64,000 bases of DNA, taken from positions 12,678-76,677 of the forward strand of contig CALKGM010000012.1 in NCBI GenBank assembly GCA_938084675.1. Reading direction: 5' to 3'. Made by a program: the position numbers and the translations under genes. How positions within the stretch are numbered: the first letter of the stretch is position 1; each line of letters starts with the position of its first letter. This DNA is from Candidatus Poseidoniaceae archaeon. GTDB lineage: Archaea; Thermoplasmatota; Poseidoniia; Poseidoniales; Poseidoniaceae. Below the pieces are notes generated by a model, which saw only the letters and a program-made list of their open reading frames with translations, made no database searches and had not been told where the DNA came from. This document shows, piece by piece, positions 27,323 through 37,723 of the stretch.

Positions 27323-29611
27323 TCAGGGAGTTGTCATCAATGTTCGTTCGCATTCTGCTAGGCGAGTTTTAGCAACAGTATGATCTGGATCTATGGCAAG
27401 AACCGCTCGCCATGCAGCCTCTGCTTCATCAAGGCGTTCTGCATTGTGAAGAAGTGCTGCGATGTGTAATCGAGCATCCAAATGTTGTCCATCGCAGCGA
27501 ACCGCTGCTTCAAAGTCAGAAAGAGCGTTGTCAATCTTAGACCATTCCAGGTAAAGAAGACCTCGCTGATGCCATGCTGGTGCATGTTCAGGTGAATGGC
27601 GGAGGGCTTCATTTAGCGGTGATTCTGCTCGCTCGGGCCGGTCCATGCTCATGTAGCACGCTGCGAGCTGTGTCAGGGCGTGAGTATGGTGAGGGGCGGT
27701 TTCAAGGACGTGTCGAAGTTGCTTGCTTGCAAGTTCCCATTCTCCGAGCATCATGTGGCCTTCAGCCTTCCGAACGCGAGCGAGGCCAAGCATTGGAGCC
27801 ATGTCCAAAAGAATCTCTGCGTCATCCAGCACACTCCTGCCTTCATTCATTGCCATTGAGATGGAACTACGATTCAACCGTGCACGAATGTGCCCTGGGT
27901 CAATGCTTAGGCACTCGGTGAATTTTTTGTGAGCCATTTCGAGACGTCCTGTTCGGGCTGCTATGTTGCCGCGAACATAGGCCACTGTAGCACTGGCCCC
28001 GTGGACATCTGCCGCGTCGATGAAACTTGAGGCCGCGTTAACGTCATTGGTATCTAAGGCTAGGAGAGCGGATTCCGTGGCGACAGAAGCGTCGTTTTCA
28101 TCCATCAGGCGGCGGGCACGAGCAAGTGATTCGCTCGCAACCTCAACATCGCCGAGCATTCGTTGAGTACGAGCAAGTCCAAGCCATCCAACGCCCAATT
28201 CTCGGTCAAGAGACAACGCGCCGTTAAACGACTTGAGAGACGCATCCAAAAGGGCGGTATCTGTTTGTCCCGTTCCATCACGATGCCGGTCAGCATGGGC
28301 GAGATGAAGCCGACCCTCAACGGTGTGAAGAAGGGCGTGGTCAATGCCTTCTGGCGTTCCTGAAAGAAGTTCTTGAGCCTCATCAATTCTGTGATTAAGA
28401 AGGAACTTTCCGGCGATTCGAGCACGAAGTTCTCCGTTCATTGGTTGTGCTTCGAGAGCGCCCAAGAGCGTTTCTTCCGCAGCAACTCCTGACCCTTCCA
28501 ACTCCAAGAGTTCGGATTTTAGGAAAATGGTATTGACTCCCCCGGCACTCAATGCAACTGCATGGGTTGCAGCTTTCAATGCATTGCGCTCATTGCCTTT
28601 TACACCAGCAAGCAAGCGAGCTTTGAGAGCCCATGCTTCCCCGCATTGTCGCTCAAGCGTCAAGCAGCGTTCGTTGGCCTCTAGAGCAAGTGGAAGTTCA
28701 CCCTCCGCCTCAAGTAAAAGAGCATAGGAAAGCCAATCTTCATGGCGACTCGGATCTTCCGCGAGGGCTTGTTCAATCGCTTCAAGGGCCTCTGAACGAG
28801 CTCCGGCACGGGCCCGTAGCCCCGATAACAAGGAACGGTCTGCAGCAGTATCAACTCCAAGGGCTTCGAGCCGGCGGACCGCACGTTCTGCTTCTTCATC
28901 TCCCATTGAGGCGAGGAGATGGGCGTGTGACCGCAGCAACGCTGGATCGTCGGGTGTAATTTTCATGCGGGCTTCTAGCCAATGGCGTTGCAATGCTTCA
29001 TCGCCCCGAAGTCGCGCAATGTATTCAAGACCCTCGACAATGCTCGCATGGCCTGGTGAGCGTTGATAGGCAATGCCTAGAGCACTTTCTGCCCAAACAT
29101 GGTGTTGAATGTTGAGCGCTGCAAGCCCGAGACGATGTGCCGTATCAGAATCCACTCGGAGGTCAGCCATCGTATGGTGGTGTGAGTCCAGCAGAGCAAG
29201 GAGCCGTTTCAACATGGATTGGTGTGTTGGCGTTAGTGAAGAAATACCTACGGCTTCAACGGTCTGATGTTGGACGATACTCGCCAAAGCGTGGCATGTT
29301 TCTGAGATGTCCATCGTCGTCTCAGTTGAATGTTCATGTCGATTCAAAAAGGCATGAACTGTGAGGGATGCATCAATTTCTGGATGGATGGCTCGCAGTG
29401 AATCCATGGTCTCTTGCAGGTCATTGACCTGATGGTGAGTATCTTCAGCAGAACGGTTGAGTTGGTGGAAGTGAGTTGCCTGTGATTCCCTCAGAAGAGT
29501 TTGCATATCAAGGAGGCGAATGACCCGTTTACTGGTGCTTAGCATCCAATATCCAACTGCACCAGCAGCACTGAGTGTGGTCAATCCTACAACGACGGCA
29601 AAAGCGCTCAT
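27323..29611 (-). CDS. membrane-anchored multi-TPR protein, 762 aa
   Basis: N-terminal TM; many A..A....P..AW...G TPR consensus units. Confidence 0.88.
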   Translation of the reverse strand: MSAFAVVVGLTTLSAAGAVGYWMLSTSKRVIRLLDMQTLLRESQATHFHQLNRSAEDTHHQVNDLQETMDSLRAIHPEIDASLTVHAFLNRHEHSTETTMDISETCHALASIVQHQTVEAVGISSLTPTHQSMLKRLLALLDSHHHTMADLRVDSDTAHRLGLAALNIQHHVWAESALGIAYQRSPGHASIVEGLEYIARLRGDEALQRHWLEARMKITPDDPALLRSHAHLLASMGDEEAERAVRRLEALGVDTAADRSLLSGLRARAGARSEALEAIEQALAEDPSRHEDWLSYALLLEAEGELPLALEANERCLTLERQCGEAWALKARLLAGVKGNERNALKAATHAVALSAGGVNTIFLKSELLELEGSGVAAEETLLGALEAQPMNGELRARIAGKFLLNHRIDEAQELLSGTPEGIDHALLHTVEGRLHLAHADRHRDGTGQTDTALLDASLKSFNGALSLDRELGVGWLGLARTQRMLGDVEVASESLARARRLMDENDASVATESALLALDTNDVNAASSFIDAADVHGASATVAYVRGNIAARTGRLEMAHKKFTECLSIDPGHIRARLNRSSISMAMNEGRSVLDDAEILLDMAPMLGLARVRKAEGHMMLGEWELASKQLRHVLETAPHHTHALTQLAACYMSMDRPERAESPLNEALRHSPEHAPAWHQRGLLYLEWSKIDNALSDFEAAVRCDGQHLDARLHIAALLHNAERLDEAEAAWRAVLAIDPDHTVAKTRLAECERTLMTTP

Positions 29612-29792
29612 TGACCCTCACCCGTCCGGTGTGCCTTTATGGTCTGCGGCTAAAAGATAGGGTAATATGCCTATTTAGGCGGTCTTTTTTCATCCCCGAA
29701 TTGGACGATTTAAAGGAAATTAAGCATTTTTCCATTCCACCTTTGCTCACATTCAAAGGCTCCCTGTAACGAAGCAGGTTTGGTGAGGTCAG

Positions 29793-32543
29793 TTGACAGA
29801 TGAGACCGAGGGGGGCGTTTGGTACTCAGAACGTCTTGAATCCCTGGTTCGGTTCGGGTTTCAGCGAGAGCGTGTAGAGACTTTTCTACATGAAGATGAA
29901 GCCCACATTGTAGACCGACTTGCGTGGCTAGAAGCACGACGGGAACAAGCCTCTCAAATCGAAGACCGAATCGTATCATTCGGGGCAGAACACTCCAATC
30001 ATGGTGTTGATTTTTCACTGATTACCGAAGCACTCGCCGATCCTTTTGCTGTAGATGATATGTTTTCATCGTTTGAACGGATGATGGCTCAACACGCACC
30101 TTGGGAGCCGGCTTTGGAACGGGGAAAGGTGGCCTGGCATGAATTCGGATTAGGAGAGGATTGGAAACGCCTCTATCAACGGCTAGCCAACCTGGACGCC
30201 TCAAGTGCCGCATCGATTCAAATCCTATATCCATTATTTGGGCAACCAGAGCGCTTTGATGAACTGTTTCGCCATCTGGACATCATAGAAATGGATGAAG
30301 ACCGTCAACGAAGCGTCATGAGACAAGGTTATGATTCCTTGAAAGCGATGGGTTACCATCTTCCTGACATTGAACATCATTCGCTGATGGACGCCTTCGC
30401 AGTGATTGAAAAATGGCAAGGTTTCCATCATGTATCTGAGCAACTCAAACTATCAATCGCTCAACTTATCACTCCCTTTGATGAAGAATTGAGTCAAGAT
30501 TTGGAACATCGTCGCTCTTCGATAAATAGTATTGAGCAGGTTGATGAACTCCACGAGGTCGAAAGAGAAGTCAGCCGTTTGGGTCAGACTTTTGAAGACC
30601 GGCGATTGGAAGTCTCAACGATTATCCAAGAGTGGAGAGGATTGGGGATTGTATTTCCTCACGAGGGAGATTTACATCCGAGTGAGTTAATGGAATGGGA
30701 AGCCAACTTGGAATCCATCAAAGATTCAATCGACCAACATTTGGCCTTAGTAGAGCGGTGGAATCGCTTTGAACGGTATTGGCCAAGCCGTGTTGAAACG
30801 AGTAGGAAATGGGTCGGTTTGATTGAACACAGCGAAGAGTTACAAGACGCTGTGGACGCTTTAGACCAACTTTGGAAACAATTGGAACTTGACGGCCTCT
30901 CTCTTTTAGATCACTTTGAGGGCGCAGGGCTGGTTCTGGATGAGTGGCGCCAACGATTGTTTGAAGACCCGTTGAGAACAGTGGAAATGTTAACCCATGC
31001 ACGGCCGAAATGGGATAGGGCGGTTTCTCTTATCGGGAAGTTGGAAGCTGTTGACGTGTCTTTTGAAGGGGAAGACGGGGTAACAGGACGCGTTAGATTG
31101 TTGCGCGAAACTGAACTTAGTGTTGAGTTGATGGATGAGGTGGAGCGCTTTATCAATGAACGAACGCGAAGAAATAACCGCCACCGAGACATGCTCAACA
31201 GAGAACTTGCTGACCTAAGAATCGCCGATAAGATCGGTACTGAACGGGACACTTTTGCTATGAACCTCAATGAGTTTGAACGTTATGTTGCTGCACTACA
31301 GCGCTCGGATTCAACGGCGATTTTGGGGGCTACATCGTCACTCCCAACCCGATTTATTTCTCAGTTGAACAGAGAGGTTGAGCAGCTTAAGGAGATGGGT
31401 TGGGATGTTGAAGACTGGATTTCATCTTTACCTGACCATCCAGGAGATGTCGCTCGACAACTCAATTTAGCGCGACAGCATATCCAACATCATGAAGTGT
31501 TGAGGCGCCGACTTCAGAACCTTCCGTGGAATAAAGATGTCAATTTAGCATTGCAACTGGAATTGGATTTGAGGCGCCCCTCCCGCTTGCCTTCGCTCAG
31601 CGATAGGATTCCTGCATTATCTGCACATCTTGCACAGCGAGCCGTGGAAGACGAATCGTTTGAACTCAAATTATGGAAACCAAGAGTTGCTCGTCCAACC
31701 TTGGTCCCACTCCACGAAAGAGAACGGCCCGTTCAAGCACCTGCAGACACACTTGAGGACGCCCATGAGGCCATGCTTGAAGCTATGGAGCCTCATGATA
31801 GCGAGAAGAACTTTGACGATGCAGAAGAACCCACACTTCCAATTTCAGAGCAACCATCAAGCCTGAAAACAGATTACAAAGCAGTTGATACGGTACCGGA
31901 GGTACAACGAGTTGAAGCCTCAACCGCTAGCGAAGAGGATGTCGTTGTGGAACTGGATGAGCAACTGGACGAAGACATGCCGAGTGAGCCAATAATGCCC
32001 TTGCGTGAGGACCCATTGCCTGTTCGCCAGGATGCAAATGTAGAGGATACTTCTGCCGCTTTGAACGCTCTTACAACTTTGCTCTCCCAACTCGGATTGA
32101 CCGATGCCGCTCATTCAACTGAGCACAGTGGTCTTGACGCAATGGGGGACGTGCGAAGGGTACTCGCTGGACATGTGAATGTCACTCCTCGCGATGTCCG
32201 CATTGCCCGCTTGCTACGAATTGCATTGAGATGTTTACCTGATGGTACGGGAGACGACAAGCAGCGAGCCGATGTGTTGCAGGTACTCTCAAATTCAATT
32301 AAGCCCCTAAAAAAGTGGATGCGCCATCGATTGGAATCACGTCACTCGGGTGCAAGTGGCGACCTCTTGAAAGATGCTGCTGAACTCGGAACTGCCCTCA
32401 CCCGAATACCAGGTCCAGGCCGAAGGGTTCCCCTGATGCAGGACGAATATGTTCTGCCGCACGCTCTTAATGACATTAAGAAGGAAGCTCAACGCCTCTA
32501 TGATGCGATTGTTTTGCCTTCTGCAGGCGGCGTTGCAGCCTAA
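29793..32543 (+). CDS. large helical / coiled-coil hypothetical protein, 916 aa
   Basis: TTG start after GGTGAGG RBS; E/L/R-rich helical repeats with recurrent W..G; acidic linker before a C-terminal globular region. Confidence 0.75.
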   Translation: MTDETEGGVWYSERLESLVRFGFQRERVETFLHEDEAHIVDRLAWLEARREQASQIEDRIVSFGAEHSNHGVDFSLITEALADPFAVDDMFSSFERMMAQHAPWEPALERGKVAWHEFGLGEDWKRLYQRLANLDASSAASIQILYPLFGQPERFDELFRHLDIIEMDEDRQRSVMRQGYDSLKAMGYHLPDIEHHSLMDAFAVIEKWQGFHHVSEQLKLSIAQLITPFDEELSQDLEHRRSSINSIEQVDELHEVEREVSRLGQTFEDRRLEVSTIIQEWRGLGIVFPHEGDLHPSELMEWEANLESIKDSIDQHLALVERWNRFERYWPSRVETSRKWVGLIEHSEELQDAVDALDQLWKQLELDGLSLLDHFEGAGLVLDEWRQRLFEDPLRTVEMLTHARPKWDRAVSLIGKLEAVDVSFEGEDGVTGRVRLLRETELSVELMDEVERFINERTRRNNRHRDMLNRELADLRIADKIGTERDTFAMNLNEFERYVAALQRSDSTAILGATSSLPTRFISQLNREVEQLKEMGWDVEDWISSLPDHPGDVARQLNLARQHIQHHEVLRRRLQNLPWNKDVNLALQLELDLRRPSRLPSLSDRIPALSAHLAQRAVEDESFELKLWKPRVARPTLVPLHERERPVQAPADTLEDAHEAMLEAMEPHDSEKNFDDAEEPTLPISEQPSSLKTDYKAVDTVPEVQRVEASTASEEDVVVELDEQLDEDMPSEPIMPLREDPLPVRQDANVEDTSAALNALTTLLSQLGLTDAAHSTEHSGLDAMGDVRRVLAGHVNVTPRDVRIARLLRIALRCLPDGTGDDKQRADVLQVLSNSIKPLKKWMRHRLESRHSGASGDLLKDAAELGTALTRIPGPGRRVPLMQDEYVLPHALNDIKKEAQRLYDAIVLPSAGGVAA

Positions 32544-32544
32544 T

Positions 32545-33609
32545 TCAATCCCACAATGGGTCCAGGGCTGGCGCCCCGGCTTGCGGCACAGGAGGGGGAA
32601 GCGGCGGCGGCGGGAGCGAATTGAATGGAACCATTGCTGGGGCCGCGGGTGCTGGCGGTAACGGAAGGGGTTGTGGAATCGGTGCTGCTACAGGTGGAGG
32701 AACCTCCCGTTGAGGCGCCGTAACAGGAGGCCCTGCTAGAGGAATCGGTTGAAGCGCAGGTGGAGCTGGAATTTGGGACGGTATGGGCGGTTGTGGGGAT
32801 ATGTTTTGGAGCGGTTGTGTGGCCGGAACAGGTGATGGCTTAACGTGTTCAATCACGGTTGGCTGTATTGGTTGCTTCATGGACTCTACGATAACATCAA
32901 TGTGTTGCGTATCAAGTTCCCCATCCCGCAAGAAACCTACGAATGCCGGCCCGAGAAGGGCGGTACTGTTGTAGATCAAAAACGGGTTTTGCCTCCACCC
33001 CGAGAGGTAAAAGTCATGGCGTCCCCCGTGGTCAGAAAAGGAAATCCGATGCAGGTCCAATTTAGCCAATAGTATTCCTGCGAGTCCAGCCAAAATGAAT
33101 GCTCCTCCGCCGATCATGGGTAGGCTAGTAAACATCATCAGCCAAACAAACAGGCCAAAAACCATCGAGCACGCCCAAATCGGCATGAGGCGTTGAAAAA
33201 TGTCGAGGTGCGTGTGGGAATATCCAGAAATGTGCTCCTTAACAAGAGCCATGCGCACGTTGAGGCGGCGAATACCGTCTGTGTCGTACCGAGACTCTAC
33301 AATCCTCATCAGCTTTTCATCAACAATAAGTGAGGTTGACTGGTGCCCCGTTACATGTTGACTCAAAGGAAACTCCGTTACCGTTTCACCTTGGAGAGCC
33401 AATATAGGGGCTGCTCGAACCGGAAATGACCATTCTGTTGACGGGGTATCCTCTTCATTATCAGCCTCAGAATCGGAATCATCTCCCTCTTCCGTACCGT
33501 TATTGTGAGCCTTGGTTGGTTGAGTTACCTCTCCGAGAGTGACGTCCTCCAAAGAAGAGGTTTCTTCTTCCTCTTGCGCGGGCCAGTCCGTAGCAATGTC
33601 TTCGTCCAT
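32545..33609 (-). CDS. hypothetical membrane protein: acidic N-terminus, 2 TM helices, proline-rich C-terminal tail
   Basis: TM pair MPIWACSMVFGLFVWLMM / MIGGGAFILAGLAGILL; tail containing LPPPPLPPP. Confidence 0.75.
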   Translation of the reverse strand: MDEDIATDWPAQEEEETSSLEDVTLGEVTQPTKAHNNGTEEGDDSDSEADNEEDTPSTEWSFPVRAAPILALQGETVTEFPLSQHVTGHQSTSLIVDEKLMRIVESRYDTDGIRRLNVRMALVKEHISGYSHTHLDIFQRLMPIWACSMVFGLFVWLMMFTSLPMIGGGAFILAGLAGILLAKLDLHRISFSDHGGRHDFYLSGWRQNPFLIYNSTALLGPAFVGFLRDGELDTQHIDVIVESMKQPIQPTVIEHVKPSPVPATQPLQNISPQPPIPSQIPAPPALQPIPLAGPPVTAPQREVPPPVAAPIPQPLPLPPAPAAPAMVPFNSLPPPPLPPPVPQAGAPALDPLWD

Positions 33610-33650
33610 ATACCGCCAAAGGCGATGTTGCTTTTCAACGAACCGCTCAC

Positions 33651-34901
33651 TCAGCGGTGGACTTCAGAAAGCCAGATCTTCACGCCCTCGGGGGCCTTGA
33701 AATCCTTGCCTTCTTTGGTACCAATCAGTGTGGATGCGGTGGATTGGTTGATGTAATCCAGTACCTTTCCAGTTACAGGTCCGTTGAAGATTACAGCTTC
33801 GGCCTCTTCTGATTCTGTCATTGCTGATTCAAGTTTTGAGGGTCCGATTTGTTCGGAAAATGTACCGTCAGCAAATCGAATAACGGCTTTGTTCTTACCG
33901 ATGTCTTCCGCCATGTCAAACAATTCTTGGATGTCTGCTGGAGCGAGTTCAACTTCTTCAGAAGTGAATTCTTCATCCATGTCCTTATCCCAATCCTTAT
34001 CATTTTCACCACCGAATTTTTCGTTATCCTTGGCTTCCTTGTTGTCAAGTTGGTGCTTGAATTTAGCAGCGTCTACCTTCTTTTGAAGGCGCATGGTGAC
34101 CGTCTTTTGAGGCAACAACTCCCACTCTTGTCCAACCGGTGCTTGAGCAACATGATCGACCTTCATCATGTCATAGAGTTGTAAGAATAGCATTTCACCG
34201 CCACGGTCACCATCAATAGCAACGGTAACGCTTTCCTTGCTGTTTGCCAAATCGATCAGTTCTTGCTTGATGTTGCCCGAGCCATCGGCACTGATAGCGT
34301 TCTTTAGGCCACAGTTCAGCAGGTTTCGAACGTCGTTTCGACCTTCCACGATGATCAAGGAAGATGAGGATTCAACGTTTGGCCCACATGTTAGTCCATG
34401 GAAGGAGGTTGCAGTTCCAGTTGTGAGTACTGAACGAACTTCTTCAATTACAGTCTTTGATGCAGCTTCTCCAGAGTTGACAAGAGAGAGGAGGAGTTCC
34501 TTTGCTCGGTCAACAACTGCAGTTCTCTTCGTAGCACGAATGTCGCTAATTTCAACAACTTTGATGATGGAGTTGCAGGGTCCAATTCGGTCAATTGTTT
34601 CTAACGCACTACCAATGATGGCAGTTTCAACGTTATCCATGCTGCTTGGAATGATGATTGTTCCGTGCACTTTTCCGTTCTTGGTTTCCATTTCAACATC
34701 AACGTGCCCGATACGAGCGGTGCGTTGGAGTTTTCGAAGTTCAAGTTCATCGCCAAGAAGCCCTTCGGTTTGGCCCATTATGGCCCCGATGATGTCCTTG
34801 CGTTGGACCGTTCCGTTCACTTTAATATCGGCTCGAATTTGATATTTCATAGCCTTGCCTTTTGAATTTCCGCCGCCACTGCGACTGTTGTTTCTTCCCA
34901 T
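33651..34901 (-). CDS. dnaG: archaeal DnaG (TOPRIM, exosome-associated primase-like protein)
   Basis: KDIIGAIMGQTEGLLGDELELRKLQ..RIG, ETIDRIGPC, IIVEGRNDV, DGDRGGE; start MGRNN at 34901 preferred. Confidence 0.93.
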   Translation of the reverse strand: MGRNNSRSGGGNSKGKAMKYQIRADIKVNGTVQRKDIIGAIMGQTEGLLGDELELRKLQRTARIGHVDVEMETKNGKVHGTIIIPSSMDNVETAIIGSALETIDRIGPCNSIIKVVEISDIRATKRTAVVDRAKELLLSLVNSGEAASKTVIEEVRSVLTTGTATSFHGLTCGPNVESSSSLIIVEGRNDVRNLLNCGLKNAISADGSGNIKQELIDLANSKESVTVAIDGDRGGEMLFLQLYDMMKVDHVAQAPVGQEWELLPQKTVTMRLQKKVDAAKFKHQLDNKEAKDNEKFGGENDKDWDKDMDEEFTSEEVELAPADIQELFDMAEDIGKNKAVIRFADGTFSEQIGPSKLESAMTESEEAEAVIFNGPVTGKVLDYINQSTASTLIGTKEGKDFKAPEGVKIWLSEVHR

Positions 34902-35119
34902 GAGAATTCCTCTTTTTCTTACGAACACATGAACCTTGCAAATCAGTGCCGAATAATCTATCCGGTGCTGTTATTTGCAGCCATCCTCGGAAGGATGAAG
35001 TGAGTGTGAACAAATCTCCCAGCGGCCAACCCTTTTTGAAACCTCTCCACGAACGAAACCCCAATGTTATGTTTTTTTGGAACGGATTCTTCAAGTGGAT
35101 GAAGTTCTTGGGTGAACAT

Positions 35120-35608
35120 GTGTCATCGCCGGAACTCGGGAGTTTGGATGTTTTCCGTTCCACCGTTGAGGTCATGCTTATTGATGGCGTCCTTACGAGG
35201 GAAGAGAAGCGCTTAATCATCAAACTCGCCAACGTTTTGGAATTAACTCCTGACGAGCCTGCCTACATTTACGAGGCCATTCAAACCAAACGTGACTCTC
35301 GGCCAGGTCCTTCGGTATCCCATGAGGTTATGCGCTCAATTTACACCAAGGTGTTTGAGGTCGCTATCGTCAATGCCTCACTTTCTCGTGATGAATTTCG
35401 CGTGCTTGCCCACCTACGATCACAATTTGACATCGACGACGAACAGCACAAAGAAATTGAAGCTGAGTTACGCGAAATGGTCAAAGAAAAATATGAAGAT
35501 GAAGCCGTCATCGACACCCTGATGAATACCTTGCGGGATTCGGTGGGAATGGTGGGGGACCTCTTTGATACGTTCAGAAAACGAATCAATGAGGGTGAAA
35601 CCCGTTGA
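35120..35608 (+). CDS. TerB-like (tellurite resistance fold) protein with two internal repeats
   Basis: VMLIDGVLTREEKRLIIKLA..L.L and VAIVNASLSRDE..VL.HLR..F.I; likely GTG start at 35120 after GGTGA. Confidence 0.65.
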   Translation: MSSPELGSLDVFRSTVEVMLIDGVLTREEKRLIIKLANVLELTPDEPAYIYEAIQTKRDSRPGPSVSHEVMRSIYTKVFEVAIVNASLSRDEFRVLAHLRSQFDIDDEQHKEIEAELREMVKEKYEDEAVIDTLMNTLRDSVGMVGDLFDTFRKRINEGETR

Positions 35609-36228
35609 ATCCTCATCTTGATGACTGGTTGGAGTCCCAGCCCACTTCGTTGCTGAAATCCAAGCGTAAGATGATGAAGTTCCTCAAGCAGGCCTACGGG
35701 GTTTGTGTTGGTAATTTTGCGAATAAACCGAGAACTGACATCACCACTCAGGACGGGACTTTTTCGTTTCATATGGGGAGCCCTTTACCGGATTTACGCC
35801 AAATTAGTTCTTGGATGTTGACCCATTCTCCAAACCAGCGAACATTGGCAAAACTCATCCCGGCCCTTTGGAAACGGCACGGGCGAGAAGATGTTTCTAT
35901 GGCTGGATTATTTCTCGCAAATCTAGCGTTAGAAGACCTTGCTCAAGATCCGTGGATGGCGTTCATTCACCTTTTACAAAAAAAAGAGCCACTATCGGCG
36001 GTCCTTGAAGTCGCAGAAGAGATCGTTCGTGGAGGCCATACTTCTCCAAACGATGAATGGTTGATTGCTGCAAGTGAGCAAAGCCCTCACTGGCATCAAT
36101 ACTGTGTGCTTTTCTTATCGCTTAGAAAGGAGCAAACTGGCGCATCGCGCCATCTTATTTCGACCGCTCCAAAAGGTGGAGAACTGTTCGAACGAATCCG
36201 TGAACGCCTGCTCATAGCGGAGCATTGA
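35605..36228 (+). CDS. hypothetical helical-repeat protein (possibly DNA alkylation repair / AlkD-like)
   Basis: 4-nt overlap with the upstream gene; MGSPLPDLRQI and LWK..GRED..MA weakly recall AlkD. Confidence 0.55.
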   Translation: MNPHLDDWLESQPTSLLKSKRKMMKFLKQAYGVCVGNFANKPRTDITTQDGTFSFHMGSPLPDLRQISSWMLTHSPNQRTLAKLIPALWKRHGREDVSMAGLFLANLALEDLAQDPWMAFIHLLQKKEPLSAVLEVAEEIVRGGHTSPNDEWLIAASEQSPHWHQYCVLFLSLRKEQTGASRHLISTAPKGGELFERIRERLLIAEH

Positions 36229-36464
36229 TGGACATCTTACAAGGTGTAGTGACCATGACGGAACGGTTTCTTCCAGCAGAAGACCCAGTTCTTGAGAGTG
36301 TTTTACGTTGGACTGTGGACCGAGATGCGCGCGACGTCAGGCGACTCCTTGAATGGTTACCAGAAGCTCGTTCCAGTCGAGAAAGAAAGGCACTTCTCGA
36401 TCGTGTTCGGGGATTACTCAAAGAATTAGAAGAGGCGTTAAATCAGCTTGACGGTATGCACTGA
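36225..36464 (+). CDS. small helical hypothetical protein, 79 aa
   Basis: Coupled to the upstream stop; amphipathic helices; lies within the operon. Confidence 0.65.
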   Translation: MMDILQGVVTMTERFLPAEDPVLESVLRWTVDRDARDVRRLLEWLPEARSSRERKALLDRVRGLLKELEEALNQLDGMH

Positions 36465-36473
36465 GGGGCTTTC

Positions 36474-37013
36474 ATGTCGTTTACTGGACTACTGTTGGCA
36501 GGCGGAGAAAGTCTGCGGATGGGTCAAGATAAGGCGCTGATGTATGGGGGAGTAGCACGACTCAAAGAGGTCTTGTTACGTTGCGGGGCACACCGTGTCA
36601 TTGTGCTTTGCGGAGCAGAGGCGCGGGTTGATTTCTTCAAAGGGGAAACCTGGGCTGACCCTCCGCATTGCAACGGCGTTCATCAGGTGGTTGAGTGGGC
36701 TCTGAGCCAAATTAAAGGAGATGTCATGTTGGTGCCCTGCGATGCATTCCTCTTTGAAGAAAGAGCGTGCAGGGCCTTTTTGGAAATGGCACAACAGGGA
36801 GGTGTTCCTGCTGACTTGAACGGTCGGAGACAACCTTTGTTCTCATTCATTCCAGAATTCTTTGAGCCGCCCTCATCTGTTATATCGATGCGAACCATGA
36901 CCGATTCTCTTCCAACCCTTAGCATACAGGGCTTTGGGCAATGTTTCACGAATTTCAATCGTTCTGAGGAGATTGAGGAACATCAACATGAACTCTCCCA
37001 GATTTCATGGTAA
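36474..37013 (+). CDS. mobA: MobA-like nucleotidyltransferase (NTP_transf_3)
   Basis: LLAGGES.RMGQDKAL, LVPCD, QPL, F.NFN..E motifs. Confidence 0.8.
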   Translation: MSFTGLLLAGGESLRMGQDKALMYGGVARLKEVLLRCGAHRVIVLCGAEARVDFFKGETWADPPHCNGVHQVVEWALSQIKGDVMLVPCDAFLFEERACRAFLEMAQQGGVPADLNGRRQPLFSFIPEFFEPPSSVISMRTMTDSLPTLSIQGFGQCFTNFNRSEEIEEHQHELSQISW

Positions 37014-37632
37014 CATAGCCTTGAGCAATCCAATTAAGCACTTTGGGATAGAGACGATGCTCCTCAACCTTTACTCGGTTGCTCAAGGAAATCTCGTCAT
37101 CACCGTTGAGCACCGGTACGGTTTCTTGGGCAAGCACGGCCCCAGTATCCATTCCTTCATCGACCATGTGAACCGTACAACCAGTTAATTTAGCCCCTGA
37201 TGCAATAACATCTCTGTGAGCGTGAGCTCCTGGGAAATGAGGAAGATAGGACGGGTGAATGTTAACGATTCTACCGCCCCATGTGCTAAGGAAATTGGGG
37301 GAGAGAAGACGCATATAGCCTGAAAGAACGACGAATTCAATGTCATGCCGTTCTAGAACTTCCATGATCGCTTGTTCGTGAGCAACCCGCGTATTCTCAG
37401 CGCCCTTGGGAGGGAGGACCACTTCAACCTCTACGCCGAGTTGATGAGCGAGTTGAATTCCTCCTGCTTCCGAGCGATTGGAAAGAACGACAACCGTCTG
37501 GTGAAGGAGGTTATCTTGTTGTTGTGCTTTGACCAGGGCTTGCATTCCCGAACCTGCCCCGGAGATCAAAATCGCACAACGAAGTGGATTGTCGGCCTTC
37601 GCCACTCTTCCACCCACTGGCGTTCCTGTCAT
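36955..37632 (-). CDS. purN: phosphoribosylglycinamide formyltransferase
   Basis: LISGAGS.MQAL, VLSGYMRLLS, NIHPSYLP.FPG, GCTVHMVDEGMDTG, EH.LYP; start uncertain (37632 or 37656). Confidence 0.95.
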   Translation of the reverse strand: MTGTPVGGRVAKADNPLRCAILISGAGSGMQALVKAQQQDNLLHQTVVVLSNRSEAGGIQLAHQLGVEVEVVLPPKGAENTRVAHEQAIMEVLERHDIEFVVLSGYMRLLSPNFLSTWGGRIVNIHPSYLPHFPGAHAHRDVIASGAKLTGCTVHMVDEGMDTGAVLAQETVPVLNGDDEISLSNRVKVEEHRLYPKVLNWIAQGYVTMKSGRVHVDVPQSPQND

Positions 37633-37723
37633 GATTTTCCCAAAACTCACCTTCATTTGATTACTTCGTTCATATCGGAGGGGTTTTTGAAGGCTCAGCG
37701 TGCCGCAAGGTTTGAGGGGTCCC

